In this document: positions 51,001 to 64,000 of the stretch, piece after piece
How positions within the stretch are numbered: position 1 is the first letter of the stretch
How the letters are laid out: every line of letters begins with the position of its first letter
NCBI GenBank assembly: GCA_973895155.1
Contig: OZ316891.1
Location: forward strand, 28,587,145 to 28,651,144
Direction of reading: 5' to 3'
DNA length: 64,000 bases
Source of the DNA: Marsupella aquatica
Taxonomy: Eukaryota; Plantae; Marchantiophyta
Translations under genes and position numbers: made by a program
The notes under the pieces: generated by a model
What the model was told of the DNA's origin: nothing
Database searches by the model: none
The model's input: only the letters and a program-made list of their open reading frames with translations

Positions 51001-52729
51001 TTTTGCCGATGCCGATCTCTTTTCTTTCTCCAGTAGTTTCAGCAGACTCTGCATGCCTGGTTGTTGCATCGGCAAGTCTTCCTTCCTGGGCCTAAACACC
51101 TGCTCGATCGTAGGACTAACAGGTGGTTGAGGCTTCTCAGCCAACGGCCTCGGCGTTGGAGCTTCCTCGGGTGCCCTTACCTGTAGGGGAAGTACCGGGG
51201 CAAAAGTCTGACCTCTGGCATACCGGCACAACAGCGGCATGTGATAGCCAAGCCGCGACACGCTCCCCATGCCGATTACCTGCTGCTCCTCCTTTAAGAT
51301 CTTCTTCAATTGGTTGAGGAGGTACCCGTTGTAGTCCCGGCTTGGGTCTGGCCTTTCTGCCAGATAGACCTGTGCCTTGCCGATCTCTGCCCTCGGCAAG
51401 TTACAATGCATGGTCACCCGCAAGAAGTCGATCATCTCTCCTATGTGCGGGTTGGTGCAGGTGTTCCGGAAGAAGCCATTCTTCGTTGATGGCCCGGGGA
51501 ACGACCGGAACTCCTTGTCAGGCAAGGTCTTCCTGGTATCAACTTTGGTCTTATTGCCCATCGGCAAGCCAAACACTTCGGCAATCACCTTGGGAGTAAG
51601 ATAGAAATCCTTCCCATATATCCTCGTGCAATTGGTCTCGGGTTCCCATGACCCCACGAATTCTAATAGGTCTGACTCCGGTACTTCCGGCTTCAGCCAT
51701 GGTAATCTTACAAAGGCCTCCAAGCCGGATCCGGCCATGAAGCCTTGGTACTTCTTGGTCTGCATGGCCGTAAAGCATGCATCCTCCTCCCGTGCAAAAT
51801 GTAGTTGCACCTCCACCGGTAGGGTTGCCGCCCAGCCCTTCCAGGTGTCATCCCTGGTTGGAATGGCCTTGATGGGATCGACCTCCTCCTCTTCGGCTTC
51901 TCCCTGCCTCCTGCTCTGCTGCTCGGCTGGCTTCTTTGGTGCCGCCGACCTCGTTCTTTTTGCCGGGGTGGCTTCATCGTTGACGGCTCCCTTCCTCTTC
52001 ATCTCTGCTGCCGTGGAGGTTTCTCCTAGCACCGTTGCCCGGGTCCACCTTTCCGTGCTACCCTTTAATTCCCAGTGTATGTCGTTGCAGTTCTTGATGG
52101 CCTCTCGGATGCCGACGACGCTGTCTTTGCAAAACAGAAGATCGTCGAGTTGATTGGAAGTAGGCGTCCACAGGAACTCGTCCTTGATGAGTTCGCCTCC
52201 TAAGAAAGCCGTCTTCTGCAGCTCCCACAATCGAGCGAGCTCCTGCCGTTCTCGAGCTGCCCTTTCTGGCTCCTCGTCCTCGTAAGTCTTGATGTACTCA
52301 GTTGCCCGTTCGAACAGGCATCCCCAGAAATGTGCCGCTTGATTGACGTTGCTCATACCCTCCTTAGGTTGATCGTCGGTATCTACTCTCTCCCCGAGTG
52401 CTTGCCTAAGCAGCTGACAGTAGTTGGCCTCCCGTAGTCGTCTGCCTAGTTTGTGCTCGCAAATGAGCCACCATCTCCTGCAAGCGCTCCTTACCCCTCT
52501 CCTCTGCCGGTCCTTCTTCCCGTTGATCCTTCCTAGCCGCCGACGCTTAACGCGCCCTAACCCTAATCGGGTTTTCACCCTCAGCCTTACCTCCGGCCTC
52601 TGCCCGGGTTCCATGGTTGCCCCTAATTGTTTATATTTTCCTTGTTTTGTCACTATACTAAGGTGTTCCTAGGGTGCCTTCCTGCTTTACCCACTTAACC
52701 GGCCGAGTGATTCCTGTCTAGGCATCACA
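48070..52729. mobile_element. Intact 4,660-bp solo-LTR-like element (copy C) inserted in CACTA copy 2
   Basis: Termini TGTGGTGC...GCATCACA (imperfect inverted repeat, TG...CA); 5-bp TSD GAAGG at 48065-48069 and 52730-52734; absent from CACTA copy 1. Confidence 0.93.
48991..52653 (-). pseudogene. ~1,100-1,220-aa protein inside the LTR-like element: plant retroelement extra-ORF-like domain + long coiled coil; one premature stop
   Basis: ORFs 50104-52653 and 48991-50103 are in frame; TAG at 50104-50106 is CAG in copies A and B. Domain GLEAFVRLPW..LLEFV..IYGKDFYLTPKVIAEVFGLP. Likely start ATG at 52614 or 52356. Confidence 0.8.
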
Positions 52730-55477
52730 GAAGGGAAGGCATTCGCGCGTTGGTCTCACCATTTAGACCTGCAGGAGCACAGGTTGGAGTTGCGGGAGGG
52801 GAGGAGTTTTGACACTCTTCCGAGCACATGTTTGAGTTGCAGGAGGGAAGGGAAGGCATTCGCGCGTTGGGGACCCCTATCATTGTGGAAGGCAAAAACA
52901 GTGGAAGCTCGTGGATCGGAGGCAGTGACAGCAACCTGTCTCACTGTTCGTGAAGGAGCTGTGGCAGCTACGGGAGGTATTACATCGGGAGCTGCGGAGC
53001 TGTTGGAGGAGTTGCAGAGCTGCGGGAGGAGCTTCGGAGCTGCGGGAGGAGCTACGGGAGCTGCAAGAGGTTACATCAGGGAGGAGTTGCAGCAGCGCTG
53101 GTCGGTGAGGAGCTGTTGGTCGGTCAAGAGCTACAAAGAGGTATGACCTTATTCCCATTGGCGCCCATGTTGTGATTTGCCTGGTTGCTCTGTGCTCTCC
53201 ACTTCCGGCTCCACCCCAGCCTGGGACTTGCAATGTGCTGTGTTGGGACCTGTGTTGCTGTGTGCCAGAGCTCTCTGCTTATATTTTTTCTCTATCTATC
53301 CCTCTCCATTTGCTACATGTTCTCTGATCTTCTATTCTATTGCCATTCGCTACATGTTCTTTGAGTTTGTTGAGTTTCAATTGGTTGTCCACCTTCTCGC
53401 CCTCTGTAGCCTATTGCATCACAAGTGCCTGCATTTCCTTCCCTGTCCCATGCTGGCTCCACTGCGACCTTCCATTAACTATCAGAGACCTAAGAAATTT
53501 AACTATCTTCAAGCTTTATTGTTTGTTTTGGCAAAATCTTCCCAAACCTGAACGGCTGCCTGCACTGCCCGCGAAAGCCTTTCGTCCTCCAAAACCCCAT
53601 GCCTCCGTAGCTGAGCGCTCCACTGATCATGCTTCTGACAAAGTATCAAGACTTGGGCTTTGAATGACTCCACCTCAGCTTTATCGTTTGTTTTGGCAAA
53701 ATCTTCTTGATTGTAATCAGGCAGCGGAGATCGCAGACAGATCCAATTGCTAAGAAATGGTTTTTTCTCTCTCTGTTTCTTAGCTTTCTCCTATTTACCA
53801 CAACTAAATCAAGTGCCCGAGTTTTGACCGAGTTGTCCTCTGTCTGTCTGCTGTTGATTTCTGATTGCTACTTGCCGTATTAGTCTACTATTGAGTGCAG
53901 TTTGTTTTGTCTGCTATGTTCAGCTCAGTTTGTTGTCTTGTTGTCGTCTGGCAATTATTGCCAATTATTCTGACTGCGTGAAAGGCTGTTCTATTTAGTG
54001 CTGCCTAATTGAACATAAAAATATGCTATTAAGTTGATTGAGTTTAGGCAAATCTGGATGCCGTACCCTTGTGTTCAAAATTCTATATCTGGCAGTGTTT
54101 GCTGTGTTTGTTGTGTTCAAAATTCTATTGGCAGTGTCTGACCTAGAAAGATAACCTGATGTATCGCGAACCTTTTGAGTGTGCTCCCAAAGTCCCTGTA
54201 GATGCCACTCCTTCTCTGTTTTAAATGAGTAAACTCCTTTCCTCCATATTGAAATGTCATCCTGGACCTAAGCTGCGAGGAACTGCGAGGTGACTCGTGA
54301 CAATCTCTGTGGTGCAAGGTGAGCTTGATCTCTTATTATTACAATGTAGTCCTTATTTTTCCATTGTATGATGTTTTCCTTAGTCTGTCTGTGTTCCTCA
54401 ATCAATTGGTTTCCTTACTCTTCTTTTGACATCCCTTTGTATCATAGCCCTTTTCTTTTCTCTTTTTTTTATTGAAGAGAAGTGCAGGCATGTATGGTGA
54501 ATCCTCACTGGATTCCGGCAACGACTCTGTAGAATTCTGTTGCCAAAAAGTTTCAGAGTTTTGTGTATGGTTTGCCAACTGCTGTGCCACCTCAGAGAAT
54601 TCCTCAGTGGCTTTTGTACAAGCCTTGCTCTTCAACTATGGTAATTTACAGCTAACTGTCTGACGTTCACACAACATCCATACACAGCAATGAATACAAC
54701 TCCATGAATACAGCCACATTATTTCCTTTGGTCTGCAAACTAGACGAAACTAAACTAAAATCAGCTTGGTCAATTTTAAATTCTTTGTAAGGGTCTCTGA
54801 CAGCAGCCCGGTAATGCCGCGACTGCACGAAGATAGAGTACGGTGCAGCTTTTGAAAAAGTGGGTGGACCAGCAGCTAGCTTGTTGAGAGTAAAGCAACT
54901 TATGGTTCTGTAACAGATGTGTGCAGCAGCTTAAGATGTAGAAGGCACGCAATAAAACTTGGTTTTTACAGATTTAAAAAAGGGCAGGGTGAGTGAGCAC
55001 TGCATGTTGAACTTACAGGTCCGAATTATCTTGATTTGATTTTGCTGCTAAAATTCGTGTCTCTTGCCTGAGTCCCAGTTTGCTGGAGTTTTGTTGCTCT
55101 CTGTGCTTTGTTGTGCACATCGTTGTGTTTGTTTATCCATTTTAAAACCTGAGACCCAAATGAATGCTTTGCTGAAACTCAATTGCTATTTGTTCTGTGT
55201 TGCCCTTACAGATTTTAAAAAGGCAGGGTGAGTGAGCACTGCTGTACAGCAAGCGAAGGCATACAGGTTGCAATATTTGTGATTGCTTCCAATCATAGGC
55301 CAAGGTTAGGGCTCTGCTCAGCCCTAAATGCTTTGCCATCCATAAAGCATTGGTTTATGCTGCACCCTTGTGGTTACATGTCATATTTTATGCTGCACCC
55401 TCATTCCTTTGTGTTATGCTGCACCCTGTTATTCCTTCGTGTTTCACAATCTGATGTAGGTCTGAGTGTGCAGGACC

Positions 55478-56137
55478 ATGGCTCGCAATAAGCAAAAGGC
55501 CATGAATCGTTGCAGAGGTGAATCCTCTCAAGCACCTCAATTGTCCTTATATTCAGACATTGAGATTAACCAGAATAGTCCACATGTATGTGCGATTTGT
55601 GATGAGGGAGGGGATCTCATTGTTTGTGATGGGCCTTGCCACCGACATTTCCATAAGAATGTTTCATGTCCTTTGGGTCAGCAATGGCTATGCCCAACTA
55701 TATCCCTGGCTGATGGCCATGTTGGAGAATGGCTTTGTGTTGATTGCAAGAATGATGAACATTCTTGCTTTAAGTGTCATGTGTCTGGAAAAATTGGTGA
55801 AGAGGTAAGAAAATGTCCAAACCCTCTCTGTGCCTGGTTTTACTGTCGGCAGTGTTTGGTTCCTAGCACAGCATCATGTGGACTCCATATTTGTCTTACT
55901 TGTGGACAGGGGCCCAATGATGGGGCTAATGGCTTTTTGGTTCAGTGCATGAGGTGTCCTAAGGCATGGCACAAGGACTGCTTGCTGTTTATCCAGCAGA
56001 GGGGATTTGCCCATGATTGAACAATTTGGGATCACTCAGCGCATGGGCAGCCCAAGAAGGGGATGTTTTACTGTCCTGACCATGACATTGACCCTACACT
56101 AGGCACTCCTGCTAGGAGCCACATATCTTGGATTTGA
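55478..56137 (+). pseudogene. EDM2-like PHD gene, copy 2, premature stop
   Basis: Near-identical to 25625-26284; CGA>TGA at 56018-56020. Confidence 0.85.
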
Positions 56138-56734
56138 TTGAGGCTGGATCGAACACAAACTTGAGATAGAGCTTTTTGATGGTTTCACGTGGACTTAAAC
56201 AATTTTCAGAGTGCTAAAACATGTGGACTATTTATATGCAGTTTGATGAACTCCTCATGTATACACACTCTACGACAGTGCATTGCGGATTGAGGCAATT
56301 AATTTTGAGAAATCAACTTTATTATCTTTTCCAGGGTAGGATTCTGATTTTCAAGCATGTACTTTGAGTGTGACTTTCCTCCATATTGATGTCTAAACTT
56401 CACTTGTAAATTTGTCACTGGTGTCACAAACGTTACTTATTCCAGACCTGTCTGCTCACATTCCTAATAGGCAAACAAATACTGGAAATGATGAAGGCAC
56501 AGAGATTTACGTTCATAGTATCATTCTGATGACACTGTATGTGATGCTCTATTTGTATGCAAGGAGAAGGTGCCCTACTACAGTGGATTTGAGAAACTGG
56601 GCTCTGTGGGTTTGAGCAATTGGACTGTGGTTGGCATCGGTTATACAACTGTGACGGTAGGCCCAATTTTGTATGCATGTCACTCTGATTCAGTTTGAAA
56701 ATCATAGTTTGAATACAATTTCAATCAAGCTAGC

Positions 56735-59700
56735 ATGGCACAATTGCCACAGAATACGTTAGGTGTGGGTAGAACTCCAAAGTTGCCGCTCTTCCATCCA
56801 GCTAGAGTACAACATCGTGATGATGCTTTGTGGGTTCGAGAACAGAAGGCCTGCCACAAGAGTGGGGACCATAAGATGTACTGCCCTTGTGTGAACTGCA
56901 AAGGGAATTATAGGACTAATCGGAATACTGCTAGACTGCACCTTATTAAACATGGTCGGTACCCTGCATGTCGAGTGTGGGTGGGAGAGGGACAGGACTC
57001 TTCTGATGAAGAGTGGGGTGCTGACTACATGTCACAACATGGCCCTGAGGCATTGAGGGTAGCAAACCTTCAGCAGGCAACCTGTGCACAACAGCCAACT
57101 ATAGATGTTGAAGAACATTTATTTGTAGATATTCCAGAGTATCCAACTGTGGATGTTCCAGAGTATCCAACTGTGGATGTTCAAGAACATCCAACTATAG
57201 ATGTCGAAGAACATATCAGGGCTCTACTGGAAGAAACGTTGTTGAGAACCAGTGAAGAATCCCCTGAGCATGAGCTAGATGATCAGGACCGTTTTGACTT
57301 GGATTTTGTACTTGGGGATGATGAGAGTGAAGGAGGTGCCCATCCTGTAAACCCCCTTGAAACCTCCAAAACTCCTATGGAGACTGATCCTGCACAGTTA
57401 TCTTTAGATGCAGCAATGCAACCTTTGTTCCCAGGCAGCAAAATAGATGTTGTGTCATTCATGTTGCTTCTGCTGAACATCTGTCATGGCCATGGATTCT
57501 CAAACAAAGGAGTGAATGCATTGTTGTCTTTGATGGGGGAGCATGGTATGCCTACAGAGCATAATCTGCCCAAGAACTTATATGCTGCAAAGCAGCTATT
57601 GAGAAAGCTTGGCTTGGATTATGAGAGAATCCCTGTCTGTGAGAAAGGTTGTATGCTCTTTAGGGGTGAGAATGCCAAGTTAGAAAACTGTTCAGTGTGT
57701 CAGCAGCCCAAGATGAAGAGAGTGGGGAATTCATTACAGGCAAGGAAGGTAGTGCGGTATTTCCCTATAATTCCCAGGTTGAAGAGATTGTATGCCACTA
57801 CTGGTACATCTAAACTCATGACTTGGCATCATGAGAATAGAAGCACAGACAACATGGTTCGGCACGCAGCAGATTCAAAGGCTTGGAAGCATGTGGATAC
57901 AAATATTGATCGGGAATTTGCAGCTGAACCAAGGAATGTGCGATTTGGGTTGGCACTTGATGGGGTGAATCCCTTTGGGAATAATTCCACAGCTTGGTCT
58001 ACCTGGCCAATACTGTTGTTGAATTACAATTTACCTCCTTGGCTTACCACCAAGAAGTTCTTTGTCATGCTAGCTATGCTGATTCCAGGACCTGATTCAG
58101 TAACAGAGGAACAACTAGACATAATATTGGGCCCATTCTATGAGGAGTTGGAGCTGTTGTGGAAGAAAGGAGTGCCCTGCTTTGACAAATTGCCACGCCC
58201 AGGATTGTCTCAACACTTCAACCTTAGGGCTGTGCTATTGTGGACAATCAATGATTACCCTGCATATGGTTTAATATCTGGACAACAACACTCTGGATAC
58301 AAAGGATGTGTCATCTGTGGGCCAGAATGTGTGGCACGTGGTTCTAAGCACTTGCAGAAATTAGAGTACAGTGGCCACCGTCGATGGTTAGCAGCAAGGC
58401 ATCTTTTTCGTAGACCAGATAGTGCACAATACTTTGATGGTGCAATTGAGAGTCGACCTGCACCGTGTAGAATGACAAGCTCTGATAGAAAGAAGTGGGG
58501 AGACGAGACAACAGAATATTTGAAGAAGGGAGGAACCAAGGTTGAGGATGAGAAATGCCCCATAAAGGTGCATGGAGTGAAGAGGGCTACTGGTCTGTAC
58601 AAGTTGCCCTATTGGAATGTAAGACTCCATACTACTACAATGAATTTCTGCAATCTCTTCATATGACTTTGAAATATATTCTCTTCATATACTTCCTGTA
58701 GCCCAGATTTTGTAATTGTTGTATTCAATGCACTAATTTCTGAATTGTGTCCACTGCACAAACTACTGCCCAGTGATGCCAAAAGTTGTATTCAATGCCC
58801 TAATTTCTGAATTGTGTGTTCACTGCAGAAACTACTCATTAACCATTGTCTAGATCCCATGCACTGTGAGAAGAATCTTGCACACAACATTGTGCACACT
58901 ATCATTGGGACCAAGGACACTCCTTCTGTGAGAGAAGACATGAAGCTCTTACAGGTGCACCAACACCTATGGCTTGTACCCAATCCAGCTCCCAAGCGTA
59001 AGGATGACAAATTGTTGATGCCCCCAGCCCCATATGGCCTGAGCAAGAAGGAAAGAACAAGGTTCTTGGAGGTTTTATTGACCTTGAAAGGGCCCACTGG
59101 TTTTTCAAGTTCTTTGGCAAAGTGTGTTACAAAATCCAAGAAACTCTCTGGGTTGAAATCACATGATTTCCACCAACTCATGCAACAGATTCTCCCCCTG
59201 GCAACAATGGGATTACTTGATGAAGGGGTTCGCTTGGCCATAGCTGGGGTGAGCAATATCTATCGCCAGATCTGTACGAAGGTGTGGGACCCTTCAATGT
59301 ATGAGAATTTGATGATGGATGTTGCATTCACTCTCTGCATTTTGGAAATCCATTTTCCACCAAGCTTCTTTGATGTCATGACCCATTTAATGATTCACCT
59401 AGTGGAGGAATTAGACTTGTGTGGCCCAGTTACAGGCAGATGGATGTACCCAATAGAGAGGAACCTGAAGGTATTGAAGGGTTATGTACGAAACAAGGCA
59501 CGTCCAGAGGCTTCTATGGCTGAAGGCTATGTATTAGATGAGTCTTTGGGATTTCTTTCTGAATACATGATTGATGCAAAGGGAGAGGGAAAACGAACCT
59601 GGGAGTTGGAGGAGGATGCTGGCGTTGCAGGCATTGTTTTGGAAGGGGCTGCAAAGGCGATAACTTTGGATTGGTCTGAAATGATGCCATGCATCATTAT

Positions 59701-60727
59701 ATATTAGAGAATGAAGAGACAGTGGCTCCATGGTACAGGTACATAAACCCTAGAAACTCTCCTATCCTTAGGCATATGGATCATAATTATGTTGCCCCAT
59801 TGTGTTTGTATATTCATGGTGGATCGTGCACTAATGTCTTCAGTGTTGTTGTTGCCATGCAGGATATATGATGCTACCAATGAGACTGTTACCAAACGAA
59901 GAGTGGATTTCTGGAAGGAGTGGATGAGGAAGCCTGCCAATCGAAGAAAACCAGTGGAATTTCCCGTAGACTGCCAAGAATTGCCACCTTTCAGGGAATG
60001 GTTTCAAACATTAGTCAATACCCATAATTTTGAGAAAGAGTCTGAGCGGTCATTACTATCTGCATACTCCACACCACCTAGTTTGAAGGCACGATTGTAT
60101 AGGGCATGTAGAGCCTATGGGCACCATTGGAGGACTATTCCATCCTTGGGGTGTTTGAGTGATTGTGATTCTGGTGCTTTCAGCACTTTTGATTCTGGGA
60201 TGGCTTCTACATTCACTGAGAAGCGAGTGGACAGGTCTGGTGCAACCATAGAAGAATCTGTACAGTATGTAGGGGCCTTGACAGATATCTTGGTACTGAA
60301 TTATGGCAGCTTGAGGAAAGAGGTGATTCTTTTCAAAGGGAAATGGGCAGATCCATCATGGACTCCTAAATCCTCAGCCAGTATGAGGTATACCAAGTCT
60401 GGTCTTTGGCAGGTGAATTTCCATAGAGAACTGGGTGTGTCCAAGAAAATGGATTACGTTTTCCCAAAGCAAGTGGAGCAGGTTTTCTTCCACCCCAATG
60501 AGAAGGGGATAGCATGGAGAACAATCCTCCACAAAGAATCCAGGTCCACAAGGGTGTTAGGTGATTACACAGACGTTGATTTCCATGCTACAATGGAAAA
60601 CAATGCCAAATTACACATCGAATTGGCTAAGGCATGTAGGTCCAGAGAAAATCCAGGACCAAGTACTGGTCCCAAACGAGGCAGAGATGTAGAGGGATCT
60701 GCAAGAAAGGGCAGGCCTAAGCAGTGA
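56735..60727 (+). pseudogene. CACTA TnpD/Tnp2 transposase, copy 2, 1-bp frameshift near 59686
   Basis: ORFs 56735-58666, 58814-59707/59689-59871, 59789-60727; atgatgccatg versus atgatggccatg in copy 1. Confidence 0.92.
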
Positions 60728-61156
60728 ATAGGTTTTAGCTAGGTGTGTGAAGTCCATAGATGGACTACATGTATGGACTATTTATGAAATCAGACTAATG
60801 GTTTACCCATTTGTGCAGTTGGTGAATGCAGCCTGTGAAAGGAAGATTGCAAGGGTTGTCACATTCTGTGAATCCTTATGAGGAGGCCCGAAATCGGAAC
60901 ATAGAGCATAATGTCAGAATTATGCGTGATCTAGGACTGGGGCCAGACTGCAAGCTGATGTGTGTGTTGATATGTCTATTGCAAATTTGATTCAGTAGAT
61001 GGAGTTGTCAGGTTCATGTTCTGTTTTCATATTCCAGATTGGTCTCATACTAGTATGGATCCTGTACATAAGTACTAGTGTTACGGTGTTGTAGATTCAT
61101 TTTGCATGTATGTTTGATCTGCATTGGTGTATGTTGATGATTGCTTTGTTCCTTAG

Positions 61157-63993
61157 AGGCCCAACCACACATGTACAACGAGAGAGAGGAAAGCCTGCTT
61201 TGGTGAAAGGTACTTCAACTGAAACATTGCCAAAGAGGAGGAGCTCTAGACTATCAGAAGTTACCAAGGTGAACATGGCAGAGTTTGGTGATGATGGCTA
61301 TGGTTCTCCTTCTGAGTATGACACTGAGGATTCTGACATTGGAGGGTCAAAACCAGAGAGTGCACAACAGGTAATGCTTGAACTTCATCATCCTAATAGG
61401 AAGGGATCCTTGTCCCTTTTTCAAATTATATGTTGATATGCTTACGTTGTCCATGATGTAGGTACAGAAACAAAATCGTGGTCCTAAGAAGACTGGGCCT
61501 GGTGGAGGTGGGCTAGTGAGATGTTGGAAAGACCCAGACACTGGACTCTTATATGAAAGTGAGTGGATTGTACTGTTCTACTTTTCAGGTGTGTTTGGAA
61601 GTTGATATTCTACTTTGAAATGAAATTAATTGAAGTGCTTTGGTGTTGTGTGTTTGTTTAGTGGTTCCATCAGCATCTGAAGGCAGATCAGGTCAATCTG
61701 ATGTACTACATTCCAGAGGATCTTCAGGTAATACACAATCTGCTCGTCATGCATATGCAAGTACATTTGCTCAACTTTTCAATCATGTACATATTTTTTG
61801 ATTGAATGCATGTGTGTGCATTGCAGGAGGGGCCTCTGAGATGCGCAGGGAACGAAGGCATGCTAAGAAGCAGTTTGATAATACTGCCAAACAACGAAGG
61901 GATTGCGGAGAGGTGCCCAAACACATTAAAGTGAGTATTGTACTTGTTTGTAGATTTAGACAAATCTGATCCTCTCTGTTGTTGTGTGTATAAAACCTGG
62001 ACTCTGCATAAATTCCAGAGTTATGATCTGACATTGTCTGTGAAATGCAGATTTATGACAATGATATTGATGATTCTGATGGCAACAAACAATACTGGCT
62101 GGAGGAACTTCGTGGCAACGTACTCAGAGTCTTTGATGTATCAAAGCCAAAATGGACTGATCATCCACAAGTTCATACAACCACAGTGTGGAATAACATG
62201 GCAGCTGAGTGGGAGTATGTGGGTGGGGAATTTATTAACACCAAATTCCAGAGTCATTGTCGTGGCATATTGAAGAGAGAGCGCCATAAAATGCATGTTT
62301 ATTGGAAGAAAGTTTGCAATGAGGATCCAACCAAACCTGGGCCATCTGGTGTTGATCCAAAGAAATGGGCAGCTTTGGTATCTCATTTTACCAGTCCAGC
62401 ATTGATATCTTTGAGTAAACAGATGACTGATAAAAGAGCACGAGTGCAAGATACCTCTCACTTTGGAAGGGGAGGGCATGCTGCAGCAGCAAAGAGAATG
62501 GTAAATTGTCTATCATTTTCACTATCAATTATGTCTTGTTTGTGAATCTTGATGAAAACAAACTCTATGATTTCTCATTCATTGTGTGTTTGAACAGAAG
62601 CAGAAGAGAGGATCAAGCCCAGGTATATCTGACCTGAAAGAAAACCATGGTAGTCAGGGTTCATTGCCAAAGGTGACAATGAGCCCATCATTGGCAAGTG
62701 CAGAAGGTCAGACTGGTAGTTTTGTGGGAGCAAAGGTGAGCCCATCATTGGCAAGTGGGGAGGGTAAAAGTGCTAGCTTACTGGGGCAAGGAAATAGACA
62801 TGGATCAGCTGTGAGTATTGTCATACCAATTTGATTTGTACATCATTCTCCATTTGACAGAGCCAATGTTGTGTCGTTTGTAAGTTTGACAGTGAGACTG
62901 TTGTGTTGGTTTGTGGTTCATTTACAGACCCCACATTCAAAAGAAGAGATCACTGCCATTGGGGCTGTGATATTGGATGTCGCTGAGTTGAAAGGCACTG
63001 TGAGGGAGTTGACAAACATGATGACTACATGGATGGCACATCACCCCAGTAATGCACAAGTTCCAACAGTTGTGCCTAGTCACAGTAAGTTGACTACAAC
63101 TACCAAACAAGGTAGTAGAAAGCGATCTCTTACTTTTTCAGGCGATAATGAAGGTAAAATTCTCTATCATGTATACACTGTCCATTCAATGTAATTATTG
63201 TGATGTGTATATGTCATTGCATGTTTATAATGTTCTTGCATGTTTTTAGTGTGATTATATGTTGCTGGTGTATACATGTTTGTTTATGCATTTCTTTTGT
63301 GTGTGTTTTATGACAGCATCTTTAGGGGAGCCTCCTGTGTCGCAGGGAAGACCAACTGACACAGCTAACAGTACTCTAAAGCAAACTGAATTGGAAGTGA
63401 ACCTTTTGCCATCTAAGTTGCCCAAAGAAGCCATTTCAGATGCCTTTCAGTTGCCAGAGGATAAGTCGACTCAGTTGACACCAGATGTAACCCCAGAATC
63501 ATCTGAGTTGCCAAAAGAAACTCCCATTCCAAGTGAACAGGATGACACTCCATCAACTAGAAAGGGAAAGAAGAAAAGGAAGAAAGGATCCTCAGCAAAT
63601 GCATCACCTGCACAGAAGAAACCAATGCAGTCTCCTAACCCCGTTGCAAAGGTAAATGTGTGTTTGATTTGAGTGTTCTTCTATCTTTCAATTTCTGTTT
63701 ATTGCATTTTTAACAAAATGTGTTGTTCACAGTTTGCAAGAGGAGATTTGGTGAAGATGAAGAGCGTTGTGGACAATTCCATGATAGTGGCAGAAGGTGA
63801 GGTGACAGGGCTGCCAGGAGAAGATAAGTTTCATTGTGCAGATTTTGAAAGCCCTTTCTTGCGAGTGCGTGTGATTGAAGTGTTTGTAGATGTGGCATTG
63901 CCATTTGCCAATTCAGGGGAGAACCAGTCTAAATTATCTGATGTGAAAGGGATGAATGCCCTATGGAACTCTAGATTGCTTAAGAAGCAATAG
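61157..63993 (+). CDS. Multi-exon TnpA/Ptta-like gene, copy 2
   Basis: Mirror of 17765-20600 with almost identical translations. Confidence 0.72.
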
Positions 63994-64000
63994 AAATAGC

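Larger units (their letters stand above)
42244..64000 (+). mobile_element. CACTA transposon copy 2, inverted relative to copy 1, runs off the window end
   Basis: TIR CACTAGAAGAAAATAGGGCCCTTTATGACC at 42244 is the reverse complement of the copy 1 right end. All genes are mirrored (coordinate sums ~81759); the far TIR is expected near 65.1 kb with TSD ATA. Confidence 0.95.

Noticed and set aside
16681-64000. Single giant palindrome from one duplication centred at 40185
   Set aside because: The CACTA copies have different flanks and are not symmetric about 40185; 35468-38120 has no mirror counterpart.

Overview
Eukaryotic, plant-type heterochromatic window (spliceosomal introns, EDM2-type PHD, plant CACTA/Gypsy/LINE families; probably a non-seed plant such as a moss, which is inference) with no ordinary host genes. 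It is a stack of nested transposons. (1) A Sola-like DNA transposase relic (1-~3300) and a 5'-truncated LINE (~3318-4951). (2) An old, large CMC/CACTA-type element (~4952-35757, left end missing). On the minus strand it carries a Tnp2-type transposase with a SET-domain exon embedded in the same unit. On the plus strand it carries a reconstructable 5-exon, ~1,490-aa gene fusing a ParB/Srx-like domain, a degenerate beta-class N4/N6 DNA-methyltransferase fold and a Ulp1 SUMO protease. Its non-coding parts hold about 40 copies of a 23-bp palindrome. (3) A complete 18.8-kb CACTA element (16681-35467, TTG target duplication) with a stand-alone EDM2-like PHD gene and ~578-bp internal tandem arrays; a second, inverted copy starts at 42244 and runs off the window. 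(4) A Gypsy 3' fragment. (5) Three copies of a TG...CA element: one intact 4.66-kb solo-LTR-like copy with a 5-bp TSD that is almost filled by a ~1,200-codon ORF, and two partial copies fused head-to-head at a fold-back junction. The best novelty candidate is the transposon-borne chromatin toolkit (ParB-MTase-like-Ulp1 + SET + palindrome arrays). All domain calls are by-eye motif recognition; no database search was run.
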